Assembly (NCBI GenBank): GCA_027340875.1
Contig: DAIENX010000071.1
Coordinates: forward strand, 1-24,961
DNA: 24,961 bases
Origin: Elusimicrobiota bacterium
GTDB lineage: Bacteria > Elusimicrobiota > Elusimicrobia > Elusimicrobiales > UBA9959
Reading direction: 5' to 3'
Shown here: positions 10,166-18,649 of the stretch, one piece after another
Layout of the letters: the number at the start of each line of letters is the position of its first letter
Numbering within the stretch: position 1 is the first letter of the stretch
The notes under the pieces: generated by a model
The model's input: the letters and a program-made list of their open reading frames with translations, nothing else
The model's database searches: none
What the model was told of the DNA's origin: nothing
Translations under genes and position numbers: made by a program

Positions 10166-11604
10166 TAGCCGGTCTAAAGCGGCTGGACGAGTTCAGACTC
10201 GAGGTCCCCGCCTCCTACAAGGAAGGGATGAACGGCCCCGCCGTCATCTACGCCGACGCCGCTATAGAGAAGACCCTGGAGCCCGGCGCGGTGGAGCAGG
10301 CCGCCAACACCGCCACGCTCCCCGGCCTCGCGGGCCCGGCGCTGGCGATGCCGGACATACACTCCGGCTACGGCTTCCCTATAGGCGGCGTGGCCGCTTT
10401 CGACGCGCGCGACGGCGTGATCTCCCCCGGCGGCGTCGGCTACGACATCAACTGCGGCGTCAGACTGCTCTCCTCGTCGCTCGAGGCCCCGGCCGCCGCG
10501 AAGAAGCTGGAGGACCTCGCGCACAAGCTCTATTCCGGCATACCCGCCGGCGTCGGCGCGGGCGGAGGATTGCGTACCGCCAGGCGGGAACAGGAAAGCC
10601 CGCTGACCGACGGGGCGGCCTGGGCGGTCAAGAACGGCCTCGGCCAGCGCGAGGACCTGGACTTCACCGAGTCCGGCGGCGCGCTGCCCGGGGCGGACCC
10701 GGGCGCCGTCAGCGCCCGCGCGCTGGAACGCGGCCTCGGACAGCTGGGCACGCTGGGCTCGGGCAACCATTTCCTGGAGGTGCAGGAGGTCACGGACATC
10801 TACGACGAGGCCCGCGCCTCCGCTTTCGGCCTTTTCAAAGGCCAGCTCACCGTGATGCTGCACACCGGCTCCCGCGGCTTCGGCCACCAGGTCTGCTCCG
10901 ACTATATCGAGGTCATGCGCGCGGCGGCCCGCCGCTACGGCATCGCGCTCGCGGACCCCCAGCTGGCGGCGGCCCCGTTCCGCAGCACGGAGGGACAGCG
11001 CTACTTCGGGGCCATGCAGGCCGCGGCCAACTACGCCTGGGCCAACCGGCAGGCGCTGACCGGGCTGACCAGGGAGATCTTCCAGAAGGCCTTCGGCCTG
11101 GGCGCGAAGGCGCTGGACATGCGGCTGGTATACGACGTGGCCCACAATATCGCCAAGCTGGAGGAGCACTCGATAGGCGGAGCGAAGACGAAGGTCGTAG
11201 TCCACCGCAAGGGAGCCACTCGCGCCTTCGGGCCGGGCCACCCCGAGCTGCCGGCGGCCTACGCCGCCAGCGGCCAGCCGGTGATAATCCCCGGCGACAT
11301 GGGCCGCTGCTCCTTCCTGCTGGCCGGCACCGCCAAGGCCATGAGCGAGACCTTCGGCTCTTCCTGCCACGGCGCCGGCCGCCTGATGAGCCGCGGCGAG
11401 GCCATGCGCCGCGCGCGCGGCCGCAGGATAGCCGACGAGCTCGCGGCCAGGGGCGTGTGGGTCAGGGCCTCCGGCAGCGGCACGCTGGCCGAGGAGATGC
11501 CAGAGGCCTACAAGGACGTGGAAAGCGTGGTGAACGTGGTGGCCGGGGCCGGCATAGCCGTCCGAGTGGCCAGGTTCCGCCCGCTGCTGGTCATAAAGGG
11601 CTGA
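10162..11604 (+). CDS. rtcB: RNA-splicing/repair ligase RtcB
   Basis: MPDIHSGYGFPIGGV, GYDINCG, GTLGSGNHFLE, HTGSRG, YDVAHN, HRKGATRA, PGDMG, HGAGR and EEMPEAYKDV are all intact. Confidence 0.97.
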   Translation: MIAGLKRLDEFRLEVPASYKEGMNGPAVIYADAAIEKTLEPGAVEQAANTATLPGLAGPALAMPDIHSGYGFPIGGVAAFDARDGVISPGGVGYDINCGVRLLSSSLEAPAAAKKLEDLAHKLYSGIPAGVGAGGGLRTARREQESPLTDGAAWAVKNGLGQREDLDFTESGGALPGADPGAVSARALERGLGQLGTLGSGNHFLEVQEVTDIYDEARASAFGLFKGQLTVMLHTGSRGFGHQVCSDYIEVMRAAARRYGIALADPQLAAAPFRSTEGQRYFGAMQAAANYAWANRQALTGLTREIFQKAFGLGAKALDMRLVYDVAHNIAKLEEHSIGGAKTKVVVHRKGATRAFGPGHPELPAAYAASGQPVIIPGDMGRCSFLLAGTAKAMSETFGSSCHGAGRLMSRGEAMRRARGRRIADELAARGVWVRASGSGTLAEEMPEAYKDVESVVNVVAGAGIAVRVARFRPLLVIKG

Positions 11605-11614
11605 CCCGGCCGAT

Positions 11615-11644
11615 TTGTCCGGCAGGCCTTCTTACCGCTATAAT
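11615..11644 (+). promoter_or_regulatory. Putative sigma70 promoter of the glycosyltransferase gene
   Basis: TTGTCC-18 nt-TATAAT between the rtcB stop and the ATG at 11666. Confidence 0.6.
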
Positions 11645-11665
11645 TATCCTCCGACGCGACGACAG

Positions 11666-12778
11666 ATGAACCAGAAAGAACGCATAAGAGTGCTTTACCT
11701 GATGCAGGACCTCTCCCCGTTCGGGGCCCAGAGGATAGCCCTTTACACCGTCAGGAGCCTGCGCAAGGACATTTTCCACGTCACCGTCTGCCCGTTCGGC
11801 AGCGACGACACCCTGGCCCCGGAGTTCGCCGCCGCCGGCGCCGAGATAGTTCCGCTCCGGGGACGCTTCTACCCCGACGTCTTCGCCTGGTTCAGGCTGG
11901 TCCGCCTCCTCTTCTCCGGGAAGTACGACATAGCCCATACCTGCCAGCCGCGCCTTTCGATGCCCCTGCGCCTGCTCACGCTGTTCATCCCCCGCCTGCA
12001 GATAGTGCACGCGGTCAACAACCCGTTCTCGTCGGAACCCTGGTACGTCAGGTGGCCCGACCTGTTCACGATGCCGCTCTGCTCGGCGCTGGCCTTCAGC
12101 TCCAACGGCCTTATGACCCGGGAGCTGCGCGAGCGCGGCCAACTGTACGCGAGACCGGTGGCCATACCGGACGGCGTCGAGCCCGCCTCGGGCGACGGCG
12201 GCCTGCGCGGAGAGCTGGGCATCGCGCCCGGGGAAAAGGTGGTCTGCTGCGCCGCGCAGCTGACGCGCCAGAAAGGCCAGGACATACTGATAAAAGCCTC
12301 GGCCGACCTCAAACGGCGCGGCAGGGACATCAGGCTGCTGCTCGCGGGGGACGGCCGCGACATGGGCCGCCTCAAGTACCTCGCGGTCTCGCTGGACGTC
12401 AGCGACCGCGTTATCTTCCTCGGCAAGCGCACCGACGTAGGCCGCGTACTGGCGGCCTCTGACGTCTATGCTTCCGGCTCCCGCTGGGAGAGCTTCGACC
12501 TGGCCCTCGGCGAGGCCATGCTGGCCGGCCTGCCCTGCGCCGCCACCGAGATCCCCGGCCACGAGGACCTGCTGCTGGACGGCGAGACCGGCATAGCCGT
12601 GCCGCCCTGGTCCCCCGGCGCGATGGCTTCGGCCATCGAATGGCTGCTTTCCAGGCCCGACGAAGCGGCCAGGCTGGGAACCGCCGCCAAGGCCCTGATA
12701 CGCAGGGAATACAGCACCGCGGCCATGGCCGAGAAATACCGCAGGCTTTACATGGAAACGGTGGCCAAGAACTACTGA
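11666..12778 (+). CDS. Glycosyltransferase family 4 (GT-B fold)
   Basis: GAQR N-terminal motif, QKGQDILI, GDG, FLGKRTDV, ESFDLALGEAM (E-x7-E), GETG. Start taken at MNQKE, downstream of the -10 box. Confidence 0.92.
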   Translation: MNQKERIRVLYLMQDLSPFGAQRIALYTVRSLRKDIFHVTVCPFGSDDTLAPEFAAAGAEIVPLRGRFYPDVFAWFRLVRLLFSGKYDIAHTCQPRLSMPLRLLTLFIPRLQIVHAVNNPFSSEPWYVRWPDLFTMPLCSALAFSSNGLMTRELRERGQLYARPVAIPDGVEPASGDGGLRGELGIAPGEKVVCCAAQLTRQKGQDILIKASADLKRRGRDIRLLLAGDGRDMGRLKYLAVSLDVSDRVIFLGKRTDVGRVLAASDVYASGSRWESFDLALGEAMLAGLPCAATEIPGHEDLLLDGETGIAVPPWSPGAMASAIEWLLSRPDEAARLGTAAKALIRREYSTAAMAEKYRRLYMETVAKNY

Positions 12779-12852
12779 GCCGGCCGCACGAGCGCCAATG
12801 AAGCCGCCCGCCGTCAAGGCGGGCGTTCTCATTCACGGCGGCCAAGCCGGCT
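12778..12852. terminator. Long GC-rich palindrome between convergent genes
   Basis: Core CGCCCGCC-GTCAA-GGCGGGCG (12805-12825) flanked by AATGA/TCATT and outer AGCCGGC/GCCGGCT arms; no long U-tract. Confidence 0.5.
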
Positions 12853-13746
12853 TCAGGCCGGGACCGGCGCGTCCTTCTTCACCAGCTGGGTCACCCACCA
12901 GGCGCCGGCCAGGGCCAGCAGCAGTCCCGCCAGCTGGTAGACGTGCAGCCGCTCTATGCCGAAGGCGTGCGAGAGCAGCGCGGTCAGCACCGGGTAGGAG
13001 AGCACTATGGCGGTGGCCTTGGACAGGTCCATGTTCAGGATGGCCCGGTACCAGAGCACGTTGTTCAGCGCCGTCAGCGCCACGCCGAAGACCAGCAGTA
13101 TGCCGAGCAGCTCCAGGCTGGGCGTGAACAGCGCGCCGGGCCGGGCCGCCGCGAAAGCCACCAGCGGCAGTATCCCGAGGGACGCGAACAGCGTGCGGGC
13201 CGAGGCCACGAAGACGTGCGAGAGCTCGCGCGGCAGTTTTTTGCTGAAAAGGTGCGAGATCTGGTAGAACAGCGGCACCGCCAGCACCATCAGGTCCCCG
13301 GTCCAGCGCACGGTGAAGCGCTCCTTAAGCGCTATCAGCATAGTGCCCGCCAGCACCAGCGAGGTGCCGGCCAGCTGGCTCGGCGTGACCTTCTCCTTCA
13401 GGAAGATCCCGGCCAGCACCAGCGCGTACACCGCCTCCACCTGGCAGAGGATGGCGGCGTTGGCCGGAGTGGTGTATCTAAGCGCCGTGACCAGCAGCGC
13501 TATCGGCAGCGCGCTGCCGAAGAAGCCCACCGCCAGCAGCCGCGGCCAAAGACCGGGGCGGAAATAAGTCTTGAACACCCCGTTCCTGGCGATCCAGGGC
13601 AGGAAGCAGGCGAAGCCTATGGCCGAACCCGCGAAGGCGTAGAGCGCGGGCGAGATGCGCCCGGCCGCCAGCCAGCCGAATATAGGGAAGAAGGAATTTA
13701 TGCAGACTGTAAGCCAGATGGCCGCCAGCGGGGAAATGTTGTTCAT
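12853..13746 (-). CDS. DMT/EamA family transporter
   Basis: About ten hydrophobic helices in two repeats; ALRYTTPANAAIL, FLKEK, GDLMVL and LWYRAI...SKA...P motifs. Start at MNNISP; the upstream part of the track ORF overlaps the DUF4239-like gene. Confidence 0.9.
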   Translation of the reverse strand: MNNISPLAAIWLTVCINSFFPIFGWLAAGRISPALYAFAGSAIGFACFLPWIARNGVFKTYFRPGLWPRLLAVGFFGSALPIALLVTALRYTTPANAAILCQVEAVYALVLAGIFLKEKVTPSQLAGTSLVLAGTMLIALKERFTVRWTGDLMVLAVPLFYQISHLFSKKLPRELSHVFVASARTLFASLGILPLVAFAAARPGALFTPSLELLGILLVFGVALTALNNVLWYRAILNMDLSKATAIVLSYPVLTALLSHAFGIERLHVYQLAGLLLALAGAWWVTQLVKKDAPVPA

Positions 13747-13790
13747 CGTATACAGAGCCGATGCGGTGCAGGGGCCGGACGTCAGGCCCC

Positions 13791-14597
13791 TTATTGCCGG
13801 CCCGGGTTCTGGTTCTCCATACTGCGCCGGTCCCAGGTCTCCATATTGCGCAGCACCCGCTCGAAGCCGACAGGCCTGATGGCGTCCGGCCCGCTGAAAG
13901 GACGCTGCATTACCACTATGAAGTGGAACACCAGGCCGAAAGCCGCGGCCACCAGGCCTATGATGATGCGCGTGGACACGGCCGGCGGCATCACGAAGGT
14001 CAGCGCGATGCTGATGAGCGCGCCGAAGGCCGTCACCAGCCACAGCGTCCCCGGCACGGTGGTGCGCCCGGCCTGCAGGCGCTCCCTGCGGCAGCGCGAC
14101 ATCTCGTTGGCGCGGGCCCAGATCTCCCCGAGCAGCACTTCTTCTCGCCCCGACCTCGGCTCTATCCGCGCCGTGAGGCGGAAGGCGTCCTCGAGCTTGG
14201 CGAGGCAGACGGGATTGGAATCGCCGCTGGCCATCATCCCCCATTCGTCCTTCAGAACGCAGTCTGCATAAGCGCGCACGCCGTCCCTGGCCGCGGAAGC
14301 GCTCTTGCCCCCGTAATAGGCCAGGTTGCGCCCCAGCAGGGCTACAGCGGTGGCCTCGTTCATGGCGGAATTGTCCGCCGCCTTGTACGTCTCCCAGACG
14401 GAGATGGCCATGAAAGCCAGGAGCAGCGAATTGATGGTAGCCACCACCCCCATCGACTGCATGGCGAAAGAGACCTGCGCCTCGCCGAAAGGGATCCTTC
14501 TTATAGACCTGAAGAGCGAGTAGGCGAGGTTGGCCGTTATCCCCGCTCCGGCCATGACCAGCAGGGCCGTAAGAACCTGAAGAATATTGTCCGCCAT
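13791..14597 (-). CDS. DUF4239-like (bestrophin-like) membrane protein
   Basis: Two N-terminal TM helices ending LLLAFMAISVWETY...EATA, a soluble region with DEW and RRERL, then two TM helices and a PFSG motif. This pattern is typical of DUF4239 proteins. Confidence 0.75.
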   Translation of the reverse strand: MADNILQVLTALLVMAGAGITANLAYSLFRSIRRIPFGEAQVSFAMQSMGVVATINSLLLAFMAISVWETYKAADNSAMNEATAVALLGRNLAYYGGKSASAARDGVRAYADCVLKDEWGMMASGDSNPVCLAKLEDAFRLTARIEPRSGREEVLLGEIWARANEMSRCRRERLQAGRTTVPGTLWLVTAFGALISIALTFVMPPAVSTRIIIGLVAAAFGLVFHFIVVMQRPFSGPDAIRPVGFERVLRNMETWDRRSMENQNPGRQ

Positions 14598-14679
14598 ATC
14601 GTCGGCACCGCCCTTAGTACTGACGGGTCCGTATTTAAACGATCCTCCCGCGCGCGGCCAGTTAAAGGCCGGCCTACGC

Positions 14680-14741
14680 TATAATAACAAAAAGAAGGGC
14701 GACCTTCAGCGGGCAGGTTCCGGCGCGGTAATTTATATAAT
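14680..14741. promoter_or_regulatory. Divergent -10 boxes between the DUF4239-like and metallophosphoesterase genes
   Basis: TATAAT at 14736-14741 (+) and 14680-14685 (+); the latter overlaps TATTAT on the minus strand (14681-14686). Confidence 0.5.
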
Positions 14742-14756
14742 GGCTGTGTACTCCAG

Positions 14757-15869
14757 ATGAAAACCTATCATTTCTTTCCTGTCTTCCTGCTGCTGGTGGC
14801 CTCCTATATCGGCCTGCACTTCTACGCCGCCCGCTGGCTGACCCGCGGCTTCGCCATAGCGGCCCCGGCCGCCGCCTGGCTGCGCCTGCTGCTGCTGGCC
14901 GCTGCCTTCACGTCCCCCTTCATAATGTTCCTGAAGCGCTTCTACCACGGCCACGCGCTGGAAGCGCTGTACGCGGCCGGCTACGCCTGGATGGGGATAA
15001 TACTGCTGGCCGCCTTCATCTTCGCCGTCTCCGACCTCGCCGCGCTGTTCATAAGGAACGCGGCCTGGTTCCAGCCCCGCCAGTACGCCTTCTTCACGCT
15101 GGGCGCGCTGGGGCTGGTGCTGGCCTGGGCGGTATACGGCGGCCAGCGCACGCCGCCGATAAAGCCGGTCACCGCGGCCTTCAAGGACCTGCCGCCGGAG
15201 CTGGACGGCTTCAAGATAGCCCAGATCTCGGACATGCACGTGGACTCCTCCTGGAAGCTGCGGCAGTTCGCCGGCATAGTGGAGGAGATAAACGCCGCGA
15301 AGCCCGACCTGGTGCTGGTCACCGGCGACCTGATAGACCCCGGCATAGCCTGCCGCGAGGACCTAAGGGAGCTGACGGGGAAGATAAACAGCCGCCTTGG
15401 CCTGTACGGGGCCCTCGGCAACCACGAATATTATTACGGCCTCGAGAACGCGATGGCCTGCTACAAGGCCTTCGGCATAAAGCTGCTGAAAAACGACGCC
15501 GCCGACCTGGGCCCCCTCCGCCTCATAGGTCTCGGGGACATACATACCGAGCACCTGACCAGGGAGGACGTTAAGAGAATACTTAACGCCCATAAGGACG
15601 GCAAGTTCACCCTGCTGATGTCGCACCAGCCGGTCTTCTATGAAGATATAGCCTCCACCGGCGAATACATGGGCTTCTCCGGCCATACCCACAGGGGCCA
15701 GATCTTCCCCTTCCATATCTTCACCCGCCTGTTCTACCCGGACTTCTACGGCCTTTACCGGGTAGGGACCAGCGCTTTCTACGTCACCTCCGGTGCCGGC
15801 ACCTGGGGCCCGCCCCTGCGCTGGCTGGCCCCCTCCGAAATACCCCTGATAACCCTGAAGAAAGGCTGA
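14757..15869 (+). CDS. Membrane-anchored calcineurin-like metallophosphoesterase (YkuE/YaeI-like)
   Basis: About four N-terminal TM helices, then SDMH, TGDL, GNHE, SHQP, GHTHRGQ and SGAGTWGPPLR. Confidence 0.95.
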   Translation: MKTYHFFPVFLLLVASYIGLHFYAARWLTRGFAIAAPAAAWLRLLLLAAAFTSPFIMFLKRFYHGHALEALYAAGYAWMGIILLAAFIFAVSDLAALFIRNAAWFQPRQYAFFTLGALGLVLAWAVYGGQRTPPIKPVTAAFKDLPPELDGFKIAQISDMHVDSSWKLRQFAGIVEEINAAKPDLVLVTGDLIDPGIACREDLRELTGKINSRLGLYGALGNHEYYYGLENAMACYKAFGIKLLKNDAADLGPLRLIGLGDIHTEHLTREDVKRILNAHKDGKFTLLMSHQPVFYEDIASTGEYMGFSGHTHRGQIFPFHIFTRLFYPDFYGLYRVGTSAFYVTSGAGTWGPPLRWLAPSEIPLITLKKG

Positions 15870-16037
15870 CCTGTACCTGGGCAGCCGGACCTCTTGCCGG
15901 ATAGTCCCATTTTCCCAGTTACCAAAGGGCCCACGCGGGCCTAGTCTATTTAACTCCGGCCCACTGGGACCTGCGTAACTTGTGGTTTTTTCCTCCTGTG
16001 ATAGACTATAGATGTAGCCAGCACAAGGAGGAAGTAG

Positions 16038-17270
16038 ATGAACGGCACCATAAAGAACCTCGCCCTTACCACCATCCTTTTAGCGATATCCGCCTCCGCA
16101 TATTCCTCGGAGACCGATCCCTGCTCCGGGATCAACGCCCTTGCCACCACCAGGGGCATAGCCTCCAACCTGATGATAGCCAGTCTTGTGAACAGCCCCA
16201 ATTCAGAGATCCAGTCCTGCGCTATACGCGCCGCCGGCCGGACCAAGAACCAGGAGGCCGCCGCCGCCCTGCTCGATAACGTAAGGTCCTACACGGGAGC
16301 CCGCAACACCAAGGGTCACTACGAGGACAACCTGAAGGCCAGGCTCAAGGCCATGGACTCCATCTGGGCGCTGGGCGAGATCGGCAACCCCGAGGTGATG
16401 GAGAAGCTGCTGAAGCTCTTCAACGAGTCGGACGACATAGCCAAGATCAACATGGCCATAGGCGCCGGCAAGACCAAGTCCAGCGGCGCGTCCAAGTTCC
16501 TCTACGACCTGGCCGCCAAGGCGAACGAGAGCAACGTGGTCCGCGCCGCGGCCTACGAGATGCTGGAGCAGCGCAGCGAGCGCGGCCCGGACCCCAGGCT
16601 TTCGCCCTATAACGGCATGGAGAAGGGCGACCTGATCTATACCGGCGGCATCTTCGGCATACCGCAGGGCTGGATCGGCGACATGCCGGTGGGCCACGCG
16701 GGCATCTACGCCGGCACCGAGGTCAAGGACGGCAAGATCGTAGTGGTCATCTACGACTGCGTACCGGACAACTTCAAGCCCTACGGCGGCGTCCGCAAGA
16801 TCTATTCCTTCTATAACTTCACCCACCACACCATCTACGCCTTCTACGGCAACCGCGTCCCCAAGGTGCGCCCCACCGCGGAGCAGCGCGACAAGATCGT
16901 GGCCGCCGCGGCAGCCGTGGTCGGGCACCATTACAGCGACACCCACTTCACCCAGAAGGGCCCGGTGGACTTCGACTGCGTGGGCTACACGGAGTACGCC
17001 TACGAGAAGGCCGGCCTGAACCCCACCCCCAACGACCAGGAGACCGGCTGGGGCTGGCCGCTGACCCCGGCGGAACAGTACGCCGCCACGGTGGCCAACG
17101 TCCGCCCGCCGCTGGCCGTACCCTACGCTGCCCAACCTGCGCCCGTAGTGTACACCCCCTCGCCGGCCATCATCACCAACGGCGCGGCGGCCCTCGGCAA
17201 CGCTTTCGGCATGCCGATACTGCCTACCGTCCAGGACCACACCGTCGCGGCGCCGGTAGCCGTGAACTGA
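16038..17270 (+). CDS. Secreted HEAT-repeat protein fused to a circularly permuted papain-like (YiiX/YebB-type NlpC/P60) domain
   Basis: Signal peptide; HEAT-like repeats (AIRAAG, SIWALGEIGN, VVRAAAYEML); KGDLIY...GHAGIY followed by FDCVGYTEYAYEKAG (His before Cys); Pro/Ala-rich tail; RBS AAGGAGG. Confidence 0.8.
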   Translation: MNGTIKNLALTTILLAISASAYSSETDPCSGINALATTRGIASNLMIASLVNSPNSEIQSCAIRAAGRTKNQEAAAALLDNVRSYTGARNTKGHYEDNLKARLKAMDSIWALGEIGNPEVMEKLLKLFNESDDIAKINMAIGAGKTKSSGASKFLYDLAAKANESNVVRAAAYEMLEQRSERGPDPRLSPYNGMEKGDLIYTGGIFGIPQGWIGDMPVGHAGIYAGTEVKDGKIVVVIYDCVPDNFKPYGGVRKIYSFYNFTHHTIYAFYGNRVPKVRPTAEQRDKIVAAAAAVVGHHYSDTHFTQKGPVDFDCVGYTEYAYEKAGLNPTPNDQETGWGWPLTPAEQYAATVANVRPPLAVPYAAQPAPVVYTPSPAIITNGAAALGNAFGMPILPTVQDHTVAAPVAVN

Positions 17271-17295
17271 GATCCTGACGGCGGAATATATAGCC

Positions 17296-18450
17296 ATGGC
17301 CGAAAGACCTCTTCTGGCCTTAATGCTGGCCCTGACAATCTCAGGGCCAGCCTGCGCCCAGGACTTTTCCTCGCTCTATTCCGCCCCCCTCCCCCGCCCC
17401 GCGGCGGAACTGCCCTCCGACAGGCACGCGGTCACTTACCAGTTGCAAGGCCTGCTGACGGTATACCCCGACAGGACCGTGCTGAACACCCCTGACGGGC
17501 GCGTCTTCGCGCTGCAGCTCTCCGCGGAGGAAGCGGCCGCCTTCGACGACCATCTGGTAGAGGTCTGGGGCAAGGCGGAATCCTCGGACGACGTCGGCAC
17601 GCTGAAGGTCTACAGCATAAACGATTACTCGCCCGACCCGCAGGCCCCGGAACTCCCCCCTTACAAGTCCAAGTTCCGCCCCGCGCTGTTCGAAGGCGCC
17701 GCGGACGGCGGGCTCAGGGTCTCCAATATGCGCTGGACCAACCCGGAAGCGCAGACGCACGACTTCACCTGGGAATCCGCAGTGATACGCCCGGAACTCA
17801 TAAAGGAAATATATTTCGTCACCAAGGTGCAGCCGCCAGGCATAGCCGGGCATTCCCTGCTGTTCTACGAGTTCGAGGACGGGGGCGTCGTCTCCGCCGA
17901 CGGCCGGAGTTCCAGGGGCTTCTTCCTTTCGGTTGAAGCCTACGCCCGCGAAGGTCAGGCATATTCGTTCTTCTCCGGCTTCAAGAAGACCTACGGGATA
18001 ATCTGGCTGCTGACGAACTTCGAGGATTACGCGCTGCTCAGCGCTTACAGCGGCGACTGGATGAATTTCTACCCGCTGCTGGCCGACAGGGAAGGGAAGA
18101 TAAAGATGGTGCAGGATACGGTGGAGCAGGCCACGCTGAACCGCGAAGGCGAATGGTACCATTCCACACGCAACAACTGCACCAACAACCTGGTGATGAT
18201 GATCAACCACGCGCTGCCCAAAGACCGCCAGGTGCGCATGTGGACCATCCCCCACCTCATCTACAGCATCTACGCCACCACGCCGCCGCTGGTCCCGGGA
18301 CATCTCCACCGCAAGGGCGTCCTGGGGGAGAAAGCCTTCACGCTGGACAAGGACAATTTCAGGGACTTCATACCGCTCCCGCAGCCGCCGGTACCTCCGC
18401 AGGAGCCGGCGCCGCTGAACGTCTCCCCGTCTCCCACTCCGGGAACCTGA
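17296..18450 (+). CDS. Secreted DUF4105-like (Lnb N-terminal-type) domain protein
   Basis: Signal peptide; AGHSLLFYEF, LSVEA and WYHSTRNNCTNNL match the DUF4105 H...Y-x4-N-N-C pattern; Pro-rich tail; no C-terminal TM bundle. Confidence 0.75.
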   Translation: MAERPLLALMLALTISGPACAQDFSSLYSAPLPRPAAELPSDRHAVTYQLQGLLTVYPDRTVLNTPDGRVFALQLSAEEAAAFDDHLVEVWGKAESSDDVGTLKVYSINDYSPDPQAPELPPYKSKFRPALFEGAADGGLRVSNMRWTNPEAQTHDFTWESAVIRPELIKEIYFVTKVQPPGIAGHSLLFYEFEDGGVVSADGRSSRGFFLSVEAYAREGQAYSFFSGFKKTYGIIWLLTNFEDYALLSAYSGDWMNFYPLLADREGKIKMVQDTVEQATLNREGEWYHSTRNNCTNNLVMMINHALPKDRQVRMWTIPHLIYSIYATTPPLVPGHLHRKGVLGEKAFTLDKDNFRDFIPLPQPPVPPQEPAPLNVSPSPTPGT

Positions 18451-18474
18451 CAGCGGGGAATTTGCTAACATATA

Positions 18475-18572
18475 TCTATCGGGGAGCTTGGTAGTTACCA
18501 GGCTGAGAGTTCCGGTGTTGCCGGAAGACCCTTAAAACTTGATCCGGGTAATACCGGCGGAGGGAAAATGAA
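18475..18572 (+). promoter_or_regulatory. TPP (THI-box) riboswitch aptamer
   Basis: GGGGAGC-P3 hairpin-GCTGAGA-hairpin-GACCCT...ACTTGATCCGGGTAATACCGGCGGAGGGAA follows the TPP consensus and lies directly upstream of thiC. Confidence 0.95.
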
Positions 18573-18590
18573 AGGGTCCATGCGACTATT

Positions 18591-18621
18591 GCCGACTGCA
18601 GCCATGCAGCCGGCTTTTTTT
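18591..18621 (+). terminator. Intrinsic terminator in the TPP riboswitch expression platform
   Basis: GCCGACTGCA-GCCA-TGCAGCCGGC (one A-C mismatch) followed by seven T. Confidence 0.85.
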
Positions 18622-18649
18622 CGTCATTTTTCCTTCAAAAAAGGAAAAC

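Noticed and set aside
13814..13851. 14-nt near-identical duplication (24-nt period) at the DUF4239-like C-terminus
   Set aside because: Small in-frame tail duplication (RNME/RSME) with no evidence of function.
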